Shown: positions 39,354 through 57,058 of the stretch, in pieces
Numbering within the stretch: position 1 is the stretch's first letter
Layout of the letters: each line of letters begins with the position of its first letter
DNA from: Eledone cirrhosa
Lineage: Eukaryota
Assembly: GCA_964016885.1 (NCBI GenBank)
Contig: OZ024743.1
Span: 254,138,001 to 254,202,000 of the forward strand
DNA: 64,000 nt
Direction: 5' to 3'
The notes under the pieces: model-generated
Told to the model about the DNA's origin: nothing
The model's input: the letters and a program-made list of their open reading frames with translations, nothing else
The model's database searches: none
Translations under genes and position numbers: made by a program

Positions 39354-40258
39354 TGATAATAAGGGCGCTGCGGAGTTGCAAATGGGTTACATATGAAAAA
39401 AGTTTGTCCTTCATCAGTGATCTTCCAACCATCATAGGCATTTCATCGCTTTAAAGACCATATACCTCCGGTTGGTGCGAGCAACGGCTAAAAAAAGTCC
39501 TTGGGACACGTAAATAAAGGGGATGCGAGGGTAAACAAACAAAATGGTGAAGCAACAGAAAGTGAGGAAGAAAGAGACAAGTCCCAGATTTCTATGAATT
39601 TAAGTTCGGTGAAATCGTGAACGAGAGAATAAAGACCATCAAACCTGGTTGAAATGTGAGCAAGGAAGGAATTTCGCACAGGTCTAACGGGGGGAAGAAG
39701 GGGCCTGGTCTGCGAATTCGGTAAACATAAGTTCTGTGAAATCGTAGACGAGAGAGAGAAAAAATTCCGACCAGCTTGGCCGAGAGTGCCAGAGAAAAGA
39801 ATTACTCACAGGTCAAACGGGAAGAAAGAGGAGGAGGAGAGGTAGTAACAGAGAATGAGTGAGTAATTGAAGGGTGAGGAAGAGGCTCTCTCGTCTACGA
39901 TTTCACAGAACTTATGTTTACCAAATCCGCAGACCAGACCCCTTCTCCCCCCCCCCCCCCCCGTTAGATCTGTGCGGAATTCCTTCCTTGTTCACATTTC
40001 AACCAGGTTTGATGGTCTTTATTCTCTCGTTCACGATTTCACCGAACTTAAATTCATAGAAATCTGGGATTTGTCTCTTTCTTCCTCACTTTCTGTTGCT
40101 TCACCATTTTGTTTGTTTACCCTCGCGTCCCCTTTATTTTTATTTACGTGTCGCAACGACATTTTTTAGCCGTTGCTCGCACCAACCGGAGGTATATTTT
40201 CTTTAAAGCGATGAAATGCCTATGATGGTTGGAAGATCACTGATGAAGGACAAACTTT

Positions 40259-40266
<8 letters not shown>
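39352..40266. mobile_element. Fold-back element: about 370-bp inverted arms (39391-39756 and 39886-40266), 130-bp spacer, 40-nt one-sided tail, between (TA)n arrays
   Basis: Arms are near-identical reverse complements (mirror ORFs 39488-39679 minus and 39867-40169 plus). The terminus recurs at 53082-53162, also next to TA. Confidence 0.9.
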
Positions 40267-40340
<74 letters not shown>

Positions 40341-43300
40341 AGAGAGAAGGGAGGTGCCAACTTGGTGAGAAATATCTATCAAAAATCTGACAGAGATGAT
40401 TTTTTAAAGCTGCATAAGAAATTCCCCAAACAGACTCTCTATCAATCATACTGAAAATGTTGATGATGATGAGGATGATGATGATATTAATGCTGATAAT
40501 GCTGTTGATTTGGAGCAGGATGATGACAATGCTGCTGCTGATGATGAGGGATCCAACTACAAATAAAAATAAACATGTCACAAATACAAAACAAACAAAT
40601 AAATAAGTAAATAAATTAATGTAAACTAAAGGAATTGCTATGTTTATATTGATATCAATATCTTCTTAGACTGATTCTCATACATATGTGTGCATGATTT
40701 GCGTGTTTGGTTTGAATGTGGTTTGTGCATGTGTGTGTGGTTTGTCACAGGAGAAGTTTACTTTGCATCTAAAGAGGCACCAGTTGGGAAGAAGAAGAAG
40801 GAGAATACTGCATGTGGAAAAACACATGCAGTATAAAAAAATCATTTAAATTAAAAAAATATACAAAAGCTGCTCAGAAAATAAAGTTAAAGGCAAAAAA
40901 ACATTAAAAAAAAAAAAATAGTAAAAATAAAACAAAAATTAATAAAATATGTATAAAATAAATACAAAAATAAAAAGAATAAAATAAAATATATATAATA
41001 AAAAAAAAACGAATAAATCTCCACAAAATTTGACAATTGCAGATGAATGAATGATGGGTACAAACATTTAACTTTTCACATCTAGCACTTTGTTTTGCTG
41101 CTGGAAGCAGACACAAGTTGGCATGTGGTGCCTCTGGTGGTTAAGTTATAAACTAAACAGAGAAACTTACCATCTTTCATTTGGCAGCAGTAGAACATAT
41201 CTGATAGTGTGTGTGTGTTTGTGGGTGTATGAAGGAAGTGTGTCACTGTGTTAGGTTTGGTTTCTGTGTGTGCATTTGTGTATATGTGTGTCTGTATGTG
41301 TATATGTAAGTGTGTGCGTGTGTGCAAGAGTTTGTATGTTTGTGTCTATCATTGTAGTTTAAGTTTAGTTTAAGGGCGTTCGAATGTCAGAATCCTTAGT
41401 ACTTCAATTGAAATGCTTTGCTGTATTTTGTTACAACCCTCTCCATTCTGGTTTCAAATCCTGCCAAGATCAACTTTGCCTTTCATCCTTCCCAGCTCGA
41501 TAAAATAAGTATCCATTAAATAATGGGATCAATATAATTGACTTACCCTTCCCTAACATTGCTTGCCTTGTGCCAATGCTAGAAAGAATTATTGAGGTTC
41601 AGTTTACTGCTTGAGTATGTGTTTGTGTGTTTGTGCATGTGAGCATTCATTTGTATGTTTGTATCTATTATCATAGTTTAGTTTACTCACTGTCTGTGAG
41701 TGTGTGTGTCAGTATGTGTGTTTTGTCTGTATGTATCTGTGTGTGTGTGTAGATATTCTGTATGTGCATAGGTCAGCTTGTGTTTTATTTTCTGTGTGTT
41801 TGTGAGTGTGGTGGCATTTTTTGTTTGTATGCATATATTAATGTCTGTATGTGTCTGCATGTGTGTCTGTTAGTTTGCAAATATTGGTATTTGTATGTGT
41901 TTGTATCTGTGTGTATATGCATGTATATGTATGCAAATAAGACTGTTGATTGCCTTAACCCATAAACAAGACACTCAGAAAATACTGTAAACTATCTGCT
42001 GACCTGCACTCATAATTCTCACTAAACTAACCCTTGACCCTCATCTCCATATTCCATAAAGAAACCACGGACTGCACCAAACACCAAATGGGGAAAACAG
42101 ATGTTATCAAGCTGCAGCTGTTATATTATATAGTTTCTGTATAATAAAACTATTATTATCTGTGTGTGTCTGAATATATGAAACAGTGATTGATATGTTC
42201 TTCTGAACAGTAAGAGCTTTGAAAAGATTGAAAGAGATTTAATGGTAATAATTTTTATTATCTTGAAGTTTTAAACCCACATTTACTAAAATACTGGAAT
42301 TATTTGAAGTCAGTTTTTAATGATGTCTTCCTTAATGATATAGATATAAAAACTGAGACAGTACTGCCAAAGCGGTTTCATAAAAGGTGGCACACTAATA
42401 TAGCAGATTGTGTTAGAAAGGAACAACTCAAAATAAACATGTTCTTAGGAAGTTACACCATACTCGATATTTACATACATACACATATACAAAAACAGAT
42501 GTGTCCAATTCTAATTTATTTAGTTAAAAATTTATTATATTTCATGAAATTTTATTGTGAGTGGTTGGGAGAAGATGAGGGTAAATAATTCTTTATTTGT
42601 TATCTTGTCCATCTACGATATTCTTAGATAAACCACAATAAATATGAATAATTAACCCTATAAAACCTTGCATTAATTGAATTTATATTATTCAAATGTA
42701 ATTATTAAAAAGTGAAATAATATTTTGAAGTCGTTGGCAATAAGAAGTACAACAGGACATACAAAACCAGCCAAACAAAGGAACAAGAGGACTCTTCAGC
42801 TGTGTTAAAGACATGACAACTTTCCTAAAGCTGATGCCATGATTAAATGCACTCGATAGAGAGCAGGAATATATATATAAGTGTGATGTAGGCCTCTGGC
42901 CCATCTGAAAGATCAGTATATGCTAGCAGAGATGATGGGCAATAAATGAGAATGAAGAGTGTTTTCACAGAAAATGAAATGAAAAGATACTATCTAATGT
43001 GACATTCTCAGTTTTTAAGATGGATCCACTAATTTTACATCTATACATAACATGAACAAAGTTAACATATTAAATATCCATATGTATCGAATGTTGACAA
43101 AAAAAAAAGTTCAAGAAATTAAGAGCAAATACAAAAGATTCAGTAACCTGTCACACATAATATCTACTGGAGGTAGTTTATATAAAATAACAATTCAAAG
43201 CCATAATTGAAAAATCATAAAAACTAACAGCGCTATCTTAGACAGCAAAAGGTAAATGCAAACTCATCTATGAGTCATTGGATCAAGTATTATGAACAAA

Positions 43301-46089
43301 TTTCGATTTTCAAGCAGAATTCAAAATTTGGAACCAAATCGAATTTTATTTAATGTTAAATAAAAAATTGTACCATTTTGTAATTTGTACAAAATCAAAG
43401 AATATCATTGCTTCAGAATTTTTCAACCAGATGAGAAATATGCTTCATTTGTTTTGAATATTCATAGAATAATTAACTGCAAATATACGACACCATCATG
43501 ATTAGCAGTGTCACTTATAATTTATGAATTAATTCATGAAAATCAGCAAGTCATAATTTGGAAGGCCATCACAATGTGAATATCAGCCATAAAAAATGTT
43601 TGAATTACAAAACTACGAACACAATTTCATCTACAGAAAGTTTTATTCAGCTACATATGCAATAATAATATACAGGCATATATGAATCCATCTACAATAT
43701 ATTTGTGTACAATTAACTTACATCTAATCTTGTATTTTGAGCTATAATCATGCTACAGCTTTCTCAGTATTTAGGTAAGATTGGTGGATACATAGTTGTA
43801 TCTTGAGACAAAGATTAAAATAGTCCCAGTGAGGTTTTAAAAAATGTTCATGTGCTATTTTCATGTTCAACTCTTTGTAAAAAGAGAAAAATATAATTAA
43901 CCAATCAGATTTAATCTGTCATGAAAATGAAAGTAAATTCAACCAGTCGAATCTGATGTATTGTGAAAAAAAGGGAATATGATTAGTTATAGATTTCATA
44001 TAAAAGATCACAGTTCAAATTTATAGCAGAGGGGCCACTTACTTCAGGCTGATTGAGAAATTTCGGTGCCTGATGAAGTTGTAGATCTGTTGATCATGTA
44101 ATGGCATAACTATGAAGAACAAACAAGCTGAAGGAAGATATAAAAGCCTCAAATGCAAGAGAAGAATATGCACATACTGATATGTAATGCATAGTGATGA
44201 ATATAGTTGACTGAGAAATGCTGGAGTATCAAGTGGAGGGAAGATGTGGAAGAGGAAGACCAAGAAAGACTGAGGAATGTGGTGAAAGCTGATCTTCAGA
44301 TGTTGAACCTCACAAGGAAGATGAAAAAAAAGAGACAAGAGGAGAGGATTTGTCTAACCCATGCAGGCATAGAAAGATGGATGTAAAAATGACGCTATCT
44401 ATGATATATTATAATTGGAATGTATGGCCCCGTAACTCCAAGAGTCATAGAGGTGCCGTATTGACATAGAGCATTTCTTGGTCATTTTAAGCCTGGCAGA
44501 GCCCATCCCTCTCCAGGCCTGAGTACAGCAGATTTCTTCCAAAAAGAGGAAGAATCGACCAAAGTACTAGACTGATACTTTTTATCGACCTCAAAAGGAT
44601 GAAAGGCACAGATGACCTTGGTGGGAATTAAACTCAGAGAGTAGAAGTGGAATGAATACCATAATGCATTCTATCTGATGTCTAATGACTCTGCCAATTC
44701 ATCACCTATTATATTATTTCATTGTTAGGGGGTTGATAAAATAAAGTACCAGTAATGCACTCAGTAATTGCTGGTTTTGTGCCAAAAGTAGAAACAATTA
44801 TATTATAATCAGCAATATTTAAAATGACTGAAACATCTATAGACTCTATGTATTAATGCAAAATAAGAAATTTTCCCACAAATTAGTTAAAAATAAAAAA
44901 ATTATAAATGTCATATTTTTGTTGATTGTGAAAGTCATCTTTTTTTTAACTTCAAAATTGTTATTTAACAAATTACTATACATACTTGTGTATAAATCAC
45001 ACATCTTTTTTATATGCATACAACATTTACAATATATCATATATTTTTATCTCTGCTTCACAATCATGATGTCCCAGATTTAGTCATACTACATGGCATC
45101 TTTTACAATAGGCCCTGGTCAGCATAAGACTTGTAAGTGATATTGTGTAGATAAAAACTGTTTGGTAGCCCAATGCTTATAATTCAAAGATCCAGCCTTG
45201 ATACAGTATTACACCAATTTTAATGGTACATGTATCTATGGAATATTCAGCCACCTAAATTGTCGTACAAGGTGGACTTGACCTATAACTCAATGGTTCA
45301 TCTTTGTCAACTGTATCAAGCAGTTCCTATTTAAAAATTACATTGAGGATACATATGTCTGTAGAATACTTGGCCACTTTTCATATTAATGTAAACAACC
45401 GGATCATTAATTTGGGAAATCTAGGTATATCTAATTTAGAAGTTCGTTTCACAACCACTTTTTCTAGCTCACTGTATGGTACATTATGTGTCTTCTCCTA
45501 TATTACCCGCCCACCTAATGCTGTGAGTGAAATGTGTAGATGGAACCTACATGTGATCTATGCCAGAGTGGAAAATAAAATGTATGGGTATATGTGTATG
45601 CTTGTGTATTTGATTCTTCTCTGTTCTTCATAGTCATCATTGCAGGCAGTGATATTTGTTTCCATTCTGTGCAAACAGAAATCTCAGTAATAAGCAGTTA
45701 GACATATGAAGATTGGTACATTACTTAAAACAAGTGTGGGTTGGCATCAGGAAGGCCATCTTACCACATGACTCTGCCATTAAAAAAACATCATCTAACA
45801 CATGTCATTATGAAAATTGAGATCTAAAATTGATGATGGTGATGATATGGTTATCATGTGGGTATCCTGACTTTTAAAATAGGTACACTGTATCTCTGCA
45901 TGACATAAGAGGCAACTAAAATGGTTAGCCTGGAAAGGCTCCTTGCTGTAAAATATTGTCTCCACATATTCCATCCAACACATGCCACCATTGAAAAGTG
46001 GATATAAAATTATAAAGGTAGGAGAAATAATAATGAATTCTGTATTAATCACAGTGAAAACCCAATCAATTTTGTATTAACCACAGTGA

Positions 46090-46367
46090 AAAACCTACGT
46101 ACATTCATGAGAACTCTAGCTACTCCACCTATAGTTTTTATCCAACTTCATTTCTAGCAAAGCCCTCTTTGACAGGACAGCCCCCTACTACAATTCAGCC
46201 ATAATCAACAGCAGCTTCTCCAAGAAAATCACTTAATCTTCACATCACCGCCATATATCTAGCAAGAAAAAACCTAGCCATAAAGCCACTGTGTGGTTTG
46301 CGCCACCATTCACGCTCAATGTGTAGACAAATGTAGCAGAACATTTCTAGCCTTACTAGATTTTCAC

Positions 46368-46370
<3 letters not shown>
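46090..46370 (+). pseudogene. Penelope-like post-RT region remnant
   Basis: Translation LFDRTAPYYNSAI...VWFAPPFTLNV*TNV...FLALLDFHF resembles the WFNPPFSxNVxTN motif of invertebrate PLEs (recognised from memory). Confidence 0.55.
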
Positions 46371-46410
<40 letters not shown>

Positions 46411-46411
<1 letters not shown>

Positions 46412-47135
46412 CACCATCATCATTTTATGTCCGTTCTTCCACGCTAGCATGGGTTAAATGGGTTGTCCTGTTGTGGGTAGTGTCCGGTCGGCTGACCATG
46501 TCTTGCTCTTATAGGAACTGATTCTGGCTTGATTTCTACAGCTGGATGCCCTTCCTAACACCAATCTAATTTACATTGAGTGCTGGGTGCTTTTTTTCTG
46601 TGGTTCCTACACATCCACTTTACAGTGTGGGCTGGGTGCTTTTTTGGCTGGGTGCTTTTTTGGCCCACTTTGCAGTTGGGCATATTGTCTATATGCTTCA
46701 GCTTTGGCTTGTTCCTGTGGGAAGTTGGGTCTTTTGTATTATTGTGTGACGCCAGAGGTCACGGTCATGTGTCATTGTCCTGAAGTGGTGCAATTGGGTA
46801 TGGTCGGCTTTTATCACCTCATCCCAGGTCTTCTTGGATTTCCCCACTCTGCGGCTTCCATCGACTTGTAGTGCTCTGCACCTTTTTATGCAGCTGTCAT
46901 CCCTCATATGCATCACATGTCCATACCAACGTAACCTCCTCTCCTGCACACAGCATTTGATTCCTCTTATGCTCAGTCTCTCTCTCAATTCGTTTATACT
47001 GTTCGCGTATATTACTATTACACATCCATCGGAGTATGCAAGCTTTGTTTCTTTCTAATCTGCACAAGTCTTCTTCAGACAGCGTCCAGGTTTCACTACC
47101 ATGTAACATTGCTGTTCGTATACACACATCATACA
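46411..47135 (-). mobile_element. 5'-truncated RTE LINE
   Basis: ORFs 46897-47127 and 46698-46988 match the RTE C-terminus at 11924-12328. Confidence 0.9.
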
Positions 47136-47458
47136 GTATATATATAAATATATATGTGTGTGTGTGTGTGTATGTGTATATATTTCAACAGAGTCAAATC
47201 TGCTAAAATAACCCAAAGACAGATGATGATATTAAACCAAATGACGCATTATGTCTACCACCCAAATAGGGCCGAACCAGGATTTAATCTCAGATCACAA
47301 CAATCAGGAACAAATATTGCATGACAACTTGTCTGCTCATCTAATAATACTTTATTTTCTTGAACCTGAGAGGATGAACGTCAAAGTTGATCAGGGATAG
47401 AATTAGAGTTAGATGTTAAATATTTGTGGGTATAGTTAATACAATGGCTATTTGTTAA

Positions 47459-47744
47459 TTAACCCTTTCATTACCATATTTGTAGTAAAAGACACTGCCT
47501 AACTAATTGAAGAATTTTGAAAATAATGAAGAATGTGGATGGGTTTAGTAATACAACAAACTTTGTCATAAACTGGAAAAAAAATAGCTCTCTCATTATT
47601 ATTCTGATGTTTGTAACATAACAAATATTCTGATATAAAACTATCCTGAAAGTTTGAGATAAATATAAACTATTTAACAACATAAATGGTTTTGTATCAT
47701 AAAATCAGGGTTAGTTTCAGGCAGTTTGATATCAAAAGGATTAA
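47459..47744 (+). mobile_element. piggyBac-like MITE
   Basis: TTAA-CCCTTTCATTACC at the left end and GATATCAAAAGGA-TTAA at the right; non-coding AT-rich body repeated in the window. Confidence 0.6.
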
Positions 47745-50700
47745 ATCGTTTTAAAAAGAAAACCTTATATCAGAGCAGCAGATATTATCATGTTAAACAA
47801 CAGAAGAAACCAATTTGGAAGAAGGGGAAAAAATCAATTATCTTGTCAGAGATGTTAGAATGTTGTGTAGAATGTTTTGCCATATTCGTTTTTTGATTCT
47901 CTGTGCTCAAATCCTGCCAAGGTTAACTTTGCCTTTTATTCTTTCAAGGTCAATAAAAAAAGTATCAATCCTGTAGTGGTTTTGATTCTCTCTCTGTCTC
48001 CTCCCCCTCTCTCTTTTTCTCTCTAACTCTCTCTCTCCATCTCTATCACCCTCTCTCTCTTTCTCTCTAAAAGAAAGCAGCTGCATTCAGACCTAGACAT
48101 AGGTTGGGCTTCACCAGGTTTCAAAAATGCCCAAGACACACTGAAGCTAATACAACTCCATCAGGAGTTCTGGAGGATCCATACATACATACATGAGTGA
48201 TAAGACAAATAATCTAGAAAGAAAAGAAAACAAAAACAGAAGGAATGGCAGGAGTGTAATAAACTTTGCCAATGCCTCCACAACCAGACGAAGGACACTA
48301 GTCTTATATTGTGGCAGTGCTGGTGCCACCAACACATATAGAAATGTATTTGCATACATATTTAAATGTCATCACCATTTAATGTCCATATGCAGTAAAT
48401 GTGAACACCATAACACACACACACATATATACTTACTTATACATAATCATCATTTAACACCCATCTTCAATAAATGTAAACACATATGCAACACACAAAC
48501 TCTTAGCTTCAGCTGACTGCCTTGAGGTTGAGTTTCGTTTTTAATGAACCAATATATATTTGTCTCTACATATTTGATACATATGCAGACAAATCATACT
48601 CATACACAATGTTAATAGAGTCAGACAAACGTAGACAACATCTTACACAATATATAGACCATTCAACGAATATATACAGTTATACACAGAAACAATTAAC
48701 AATATGCCCACTTACATGTCCCTTGTTTTTTATTTTCTAATCTATCTAGTTGTACTCCCCAGATGAAGGACTAATGCCCAATACATTGAACCTATTTTCT
48801 CTCTTTCATCCAAAGCCCAGCGATTCATTCTTTACACATTCTAACCTCTTGTCCATAGTACCAAAACTGTAAAGTGGCAGCTCTACCTGGAGGGGCTCCC
48901 TGATCTCAAAGCTATGCACCCTATCAAGTAACATTACTACAAAGACCCTTGGAAAAACTTCATTTTAGCTGCTTGTATTTGTTATCATATTCCTTCATTT
49001 CTCAAGATTCTTGACCATAGGCAAGGGTAGATGTTAACACCGATGTTTGTTCAATTTCCTAAATTTCCAGTATTTTTGAAGTTTCTCCTATATCAGTTTC
49101 AATAGAAAGACAGAAACCATGTGAACTATATGATGACCTAAAAGAAATGTTCTCATAATGATTTCATTAAAATATTAAATTAAGAATTATATTATTAAGT
49201 ATATTACTTTAACTGTGATACTTAAATAATAGAAATGTTATGATGGTATTAAGAATTTTAAATATTATAGTAAAAACTAAATTGAAATATTTGAATATTA
49301 AAATATATGCAGAGATGGCTGTGTGTTTATGAAGTTTTCTTGACAACCATGTCTTGTTTTTATGTTTAGTTAAATGTGGTGTTATGCCATATTTATAGCT
49401 GTTATAACTGAAGCAAGATAGTGTTTGTGTGGATCCATGTAGCACAGTTGCCACAATAAATGTACCCAGCCCACCCTGTAAAGTGGTAGTGCTGGTGCCA
49501 TGATAAATTACACACAGTGCACATTGTAATGTTGTTATACTGGAGAAACGTGTCATGAGATAATACCAGAGATGGAGCGGTTCAGAAATATATGGTTAGG
49601 AAAGTGGCAATGAGTGATCGATTGTCAGATGTTCTAAATGAGCTTGCTAAACCTATCAACTAGACTCTAAGCAATCTTGCTTACAAATAACTATCCACAT
49701 AGTATTATGGATGATGATCATTGGGTAAAGAAATGGCAAGACGTCCTGGTAGAAGGTCGCTGCAGGAGAAAAAGAACAAGGAAAACCTGGGCTAAGGGGT
49801 GAGAGCTGATCTGAGATTACTAAAGCTCACGGAGATGACAAAGGAGGGCAACAAATAGAAGGATGATGTGCTAGAACAGACCTATCCAATCTATCCAAGC
49901 ATGGAAAAGAGGACATATGATAATGATGATGATGATGAGGGGGGGGGGGGGGCTTTTGGCAGTGCAAGAACAGTGGTCCATGACCTACGAGAAAGAGTTG
50001 CAATAAATCTTTTCCATTCATTGTCATTGGGTTTTTTTTCCTCAATGATTTGTGTATTCAATTTCCTACAATTTACAGTATTTGTATAGTTTGCTATTTA
50101 TTTCACTTTTTAAAAAATGGCTTTATCTGTATTTTCTGCTCCATATTATACTGCCCTTGGTATATTTTTTTAAATGAGAATATGTAATGTGTAATGTTGA
50201 TGTGCATCAATGGTAAAGCATGGATTAGATGAAAGAGGGAATGAGAGTAAGAGGAATGAAATGTAGTGTGCAAGTGAGAAGACTGCACTGGTATGGCTAT
50301 ATGATTTATATAGAGGAGGCTAATGGTGATGATGATGATGATAGAAATGACAGGCAGAGAGAAAGTGAAAAATATACACCAATATTTGATTGGTATTTTA
50401 TGGGACTTGGAAGGATGAAAGGCAATGTTGACCTTGGTGGAATTTGAACTCAAAAGAGAAGGATTTACATCAATATTTGGCTGGTAGTTTATTTATGGAC
50501 CCAACATCCTCAGAAGAATGAAAGACAAAGTTGATCTCCAAAGTACAGAGAGCCAGACCAAATATTTAACACTAACTACTCTGCCAAATCACAACTATAA
50601 AGAAAAAGTATGTACTGTTATATTATATTATCTGTCTGGTGAATTATAATGAAAGTAATAAAATAAGAAATATTATCTTAACATTATTAATAAAATATTA

Positions 50701-51329
50701 AATTAAGAATTATATTATATTACCTATGAGACATAAAAGATAAGAAAGTTTATGGTTATTGTATTAAGAATTTTAAATATTATATCAAAAATACATTTAA
50801 AATATTTATATATTGGAAGTATTGAGTTTGTTGTATTTATAATTATTATCATCATCAGTTATCATTCATTTTTCTATGTGGTTAAGCATTAGAAGGGTCA
50901 TCAGAGACAAATTCAGTACTTTATCAGAGCTATTGTCATCCTAGATGGGTGAGGGACCACAACTTCCTTACATACATTCCAGTTTTGGCATGGTTTCTAC
51001 AGCTAGATGCCCTTCCTCTCACTCATCACTTTACTGAGTGTATTGGGTGCAATATATTGTGTCCTCAACCGTCTGTTTGGCATTCATATATTGGAATAGC
51101 AAAAATAATATTTTCAATGCTTGCTAACCTCACATTTGTAAAGAAACAAGTGTGCACATGTAGAAATTAGGTTTTTAACCTTTATATAATCATCATTACC
51201 CCAGTAATTAACAGGTACTTTATTGTATTGACTATGGAAAGATGAAAGACAAAGAAATCCTCGGTGGGATTTAAACTCAGAACATAGAAAGTCGTAAATA
51301 ATAATTCTTGCAACTTGAATTGTCACTGA

Positions 51330-51735
51330 AAATTGCCACAATTGGCCAAAACTCCTATCTAAAAAACTTTGACGACTTTATGCTAAACAAAATGTTCCAG
51401 AATTCGCAGACCAAAGAACAAGAACAATAAAATTTAACTTAACACATGAAAACTTCTACTAAAAATGAAACTTTAATAATCTTTCCAGCAAAGGGTATGA
51501 AAAACCATTTGATGGTAAATACTTAAAGAGAATTAGCAACTCTTACCTCGCTTAAAATCAGAAACGGAAGGGTTTATTATAGCAAACTTGGATCAATGCC
51601 TACCCACAAGAATATATCAGGCTAACATCTTAAAGAACTGCAGTAGCCAAACATGTCAAGTGTGTAGGCAACAGCTTGAAACCATCGATCATATTGTCTC
51701 CATGTGTAGCCTCCTTGTGCTCTCAAATTATCTTT
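51330..51735 (+). pseudogene. R4/Dong-like (RLE) non-LTR element, C-terminal CCHC fragment
   Basis: LKSETEGFIIA..DQCLPTRIYQANILK...CQVCRQQLETIDHIVSMC. Confidence 0.75.
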
Positions 51736-51739
51736 GTGG

Positions 51740-52560
51740 TGTCCAATTGCTAATCTCCTCTGAAGCAGGCCAGGTCCCTTATGCATCCAGACACTGAACC
51801 AAAGGATTTCCCCATAGATCGTAGTAGTACATCTGGAATGTTTCTTTCAGAAGGGTCCTCAGCTTCTCTGTCACAGTTTACATGATGTCTTCTCAGTTCT
51901 CACAGCGGGAGTCTTTCAGTGGTATCTTCATTTTGAGGAACAACCAGTTGGAAGAAGCCACACCTGGGGATTATGGAGCCTTACAAATGAGCTAAATGCC
52001 TTTCTTGTTTTTAGGAAACATTATATCAGCTATGATGAATACAGTCAGTGGATGTTATTATGATGCAGCTGCTAGTTTGGTGGGGTTCACAGATCCGGTT
52101 TTCTGCACCAAACTGTATCAAGGAAACTTTGGGGAACTTCCTGATAATATTTCTTTGAAAATGTTTGTTGTTTTGGTGTGTATCCAAGAAGCAAAACGCC
52201 TTGGTGGTCAAAGAAAACAGTCAGCATCAACTTCATTTTGCTCTGCATTTGATATACTTTTAGAGGGCTTTGGCAACATTGGTTTCTTCCACTGTGATGA
52301 GTGAGCTTTGATTTTCAGGTCATACACATACACATGTCTCATCTCCAGTTATCACAGTATTCAGGAACTCAGGCTCCTTGTTGGCAGTATTACACAAAAT
52401 GAAAATGCAACGAGTATCACACCACATATGCTGACTGCTTGCTGCCTAGAGAACTCACGAAAAGTGATGCCTGTTGGCTCCACTTTGTACACAATTTTGT
52501 CTCTCCATCTTCATTACTTCCATTGGGGAAATATTAATTTGGATACTTTTTCAACAGATT
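51740..52560 (-). pseudogene. mariner transposase pseudogene
   Basis: Manual minus-strand translation across frameshifts: FLNTVITGDET..YDLKIKAHSSQW, KMKLMLTVFFDHQGV, QLHHNN, AP*SPGVA, LFLKMKIPLK. Confidence 0.8.
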
Positions 52561-52644
52561 TCGTAAACATACATATACACACATATATATATATATGAAT
52601 ATATATAGACACACACATATGCATATAATTATATATATATATAT

Positions 52645-52990
52645 TAGGGTGACTCTTAGAAATAGGTAATTTTCCGAATGTTAAAATTTTGCTGCTCCCA
52701 ATCCCTAATCCTGTTTCAATTCACAAAACATTAAGGCGTGCAAAATTTCAGATCAATTGGACAACAGTTAGATGACCCTCAAACTCCTTGAAGTTGGAAC
52801 ATAGTATACACAACGATTAATTCTGTTCAAAAGTGGTATACTGTTCCCTATTTCAACCAATTACTTTTTTTCTGGACACATCCAGGGAACTCCAGCAAAT
52901 GTTTAAAAACGTTCTGAATCAAATTTACCAATAGTTAATTTGAAAAATTCCTAAAATAACATGAAAAACTTAAGAAATATTAGGTTTTCT
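52645..52990 (+). mobile_element. Possible hAT-type DNA transposon end
   Basis: Starts TAGGGTG after a TA run; no matching right end seen. Confidence 0.3.
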
Positions 52991-53171
52991 TAATTGTTTC
53001 TACTTTTGACACAAGGCCATCAATCACCCAGTACATTACTGGTACTTTATTTTATCGACCCCGTAAGGATGAAATACCAATGAAGGTTGGAAGATCACTG
53101 ATGAAGGACTAATTTTATTCATATGTAACCCATGTGCAACCACGCAGCAATCCATTTTTCTTATATATATA

Positions 53172-56168
<2,997 letters not shown>

Positions 56169-56980
56169 CAAATAAAGTTTCAGCGAGAATCGCATTTTCG
56201 GCGGGCAGGAAAACGAAGCGAATCGCAAAAATCAGAAATGATAATGGCAAAGTGCTCAATTAAAAACCAGAGCTAAACAATGTGTTAAGAAGCCATACTG
56301 CTTAAGAATTTTACAAATATATACACTTTTAGTTAAATCGCGTGAAAGCACAGCCGGTCTAAAAGCTGATGATGTATATAAATATTTGTGTGATCTTGTC
56401 TCGTCCATTTTCCCCATTTTCTCCTTCCTTCCTATCAATTCTGCAGGCCAACACACTTCTAGCTGTTGATTTCTATCGGTTGAGTTTAAATCTTATTCGA
56501 CACTGCCATTGACAGCATTTTGCTGTTTTAACAACTTCCTTGCGTTGAGTTCTTTTCATTATTCTATGAATTCTAATATCTCGCACTTCAAACTCAATAT
56601 TCACAATAGCCTTCCTTGTTTATATATATGTTTATCGCAGCTATAGTAGCTGTCTATTTTGGACAGATACCAAGCCTGAGGTTGGTTAGATATTTCTTTA
56701 ACACTTCCTTTTCTCCCCTTCTTTCATTCTTTCTCTTCCACACACTTCCCTTCCTCTTACTGCTTCTTTTCTTTTCTTCAACCTGCTTCTACCCGCCGCT
56801 CTTACTCGCCACTTCCATTTCTCTAACCGATCGCGCCAAATTTAGATTCAAAAATGGCTAAAATCGCTATGTAGCCGTGTACCTGCCAGAGAGAAAGCGT
56901 GTGATTGGTTGCTTACGGCGGGTTTTTGAATGTAAATTTGGCGCGATCGGTTAGAGAAACTAAATGTCTGATTTTGAGTT

Positions 56981-57058
56981 TATCTCCTGATGATCCTAAC
57001 TCTGGATAATTCATATTATTTGGATGTCCTAAATAAGGAAGAAACCATGGTAGAGATA
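56981..57058 (+). ncRNA. Type I hammerhead ribozyme, canonical core
   Basis: TATCTC CTGATGA TCCT...AGGA-A GAAA CCATGG TA GAGATA: 6-bp stem I, palindromic stem III ACCATGGT, GUA site, predicted cut after 57052. Confidence 0.8.

Noticed and set aside
41165-41203. Possible 30-nt minus-strand micro-exon ending at GTAAGT
   Set aside because: No polypyrimidine tract and no homology.
48755-48795. Hammerhead-like CAGATGAAGGACTAATGCCCAATAC
   Set aside because: Both core segments are mutated; at best a dead relic.
49165-50815. About 150-bp AT-rich direct repeat (49165-49310 vs 50690-50815)
   Set aside because: Low-complexity and diverged, with no LTR hallmarks or internal coding sequence.
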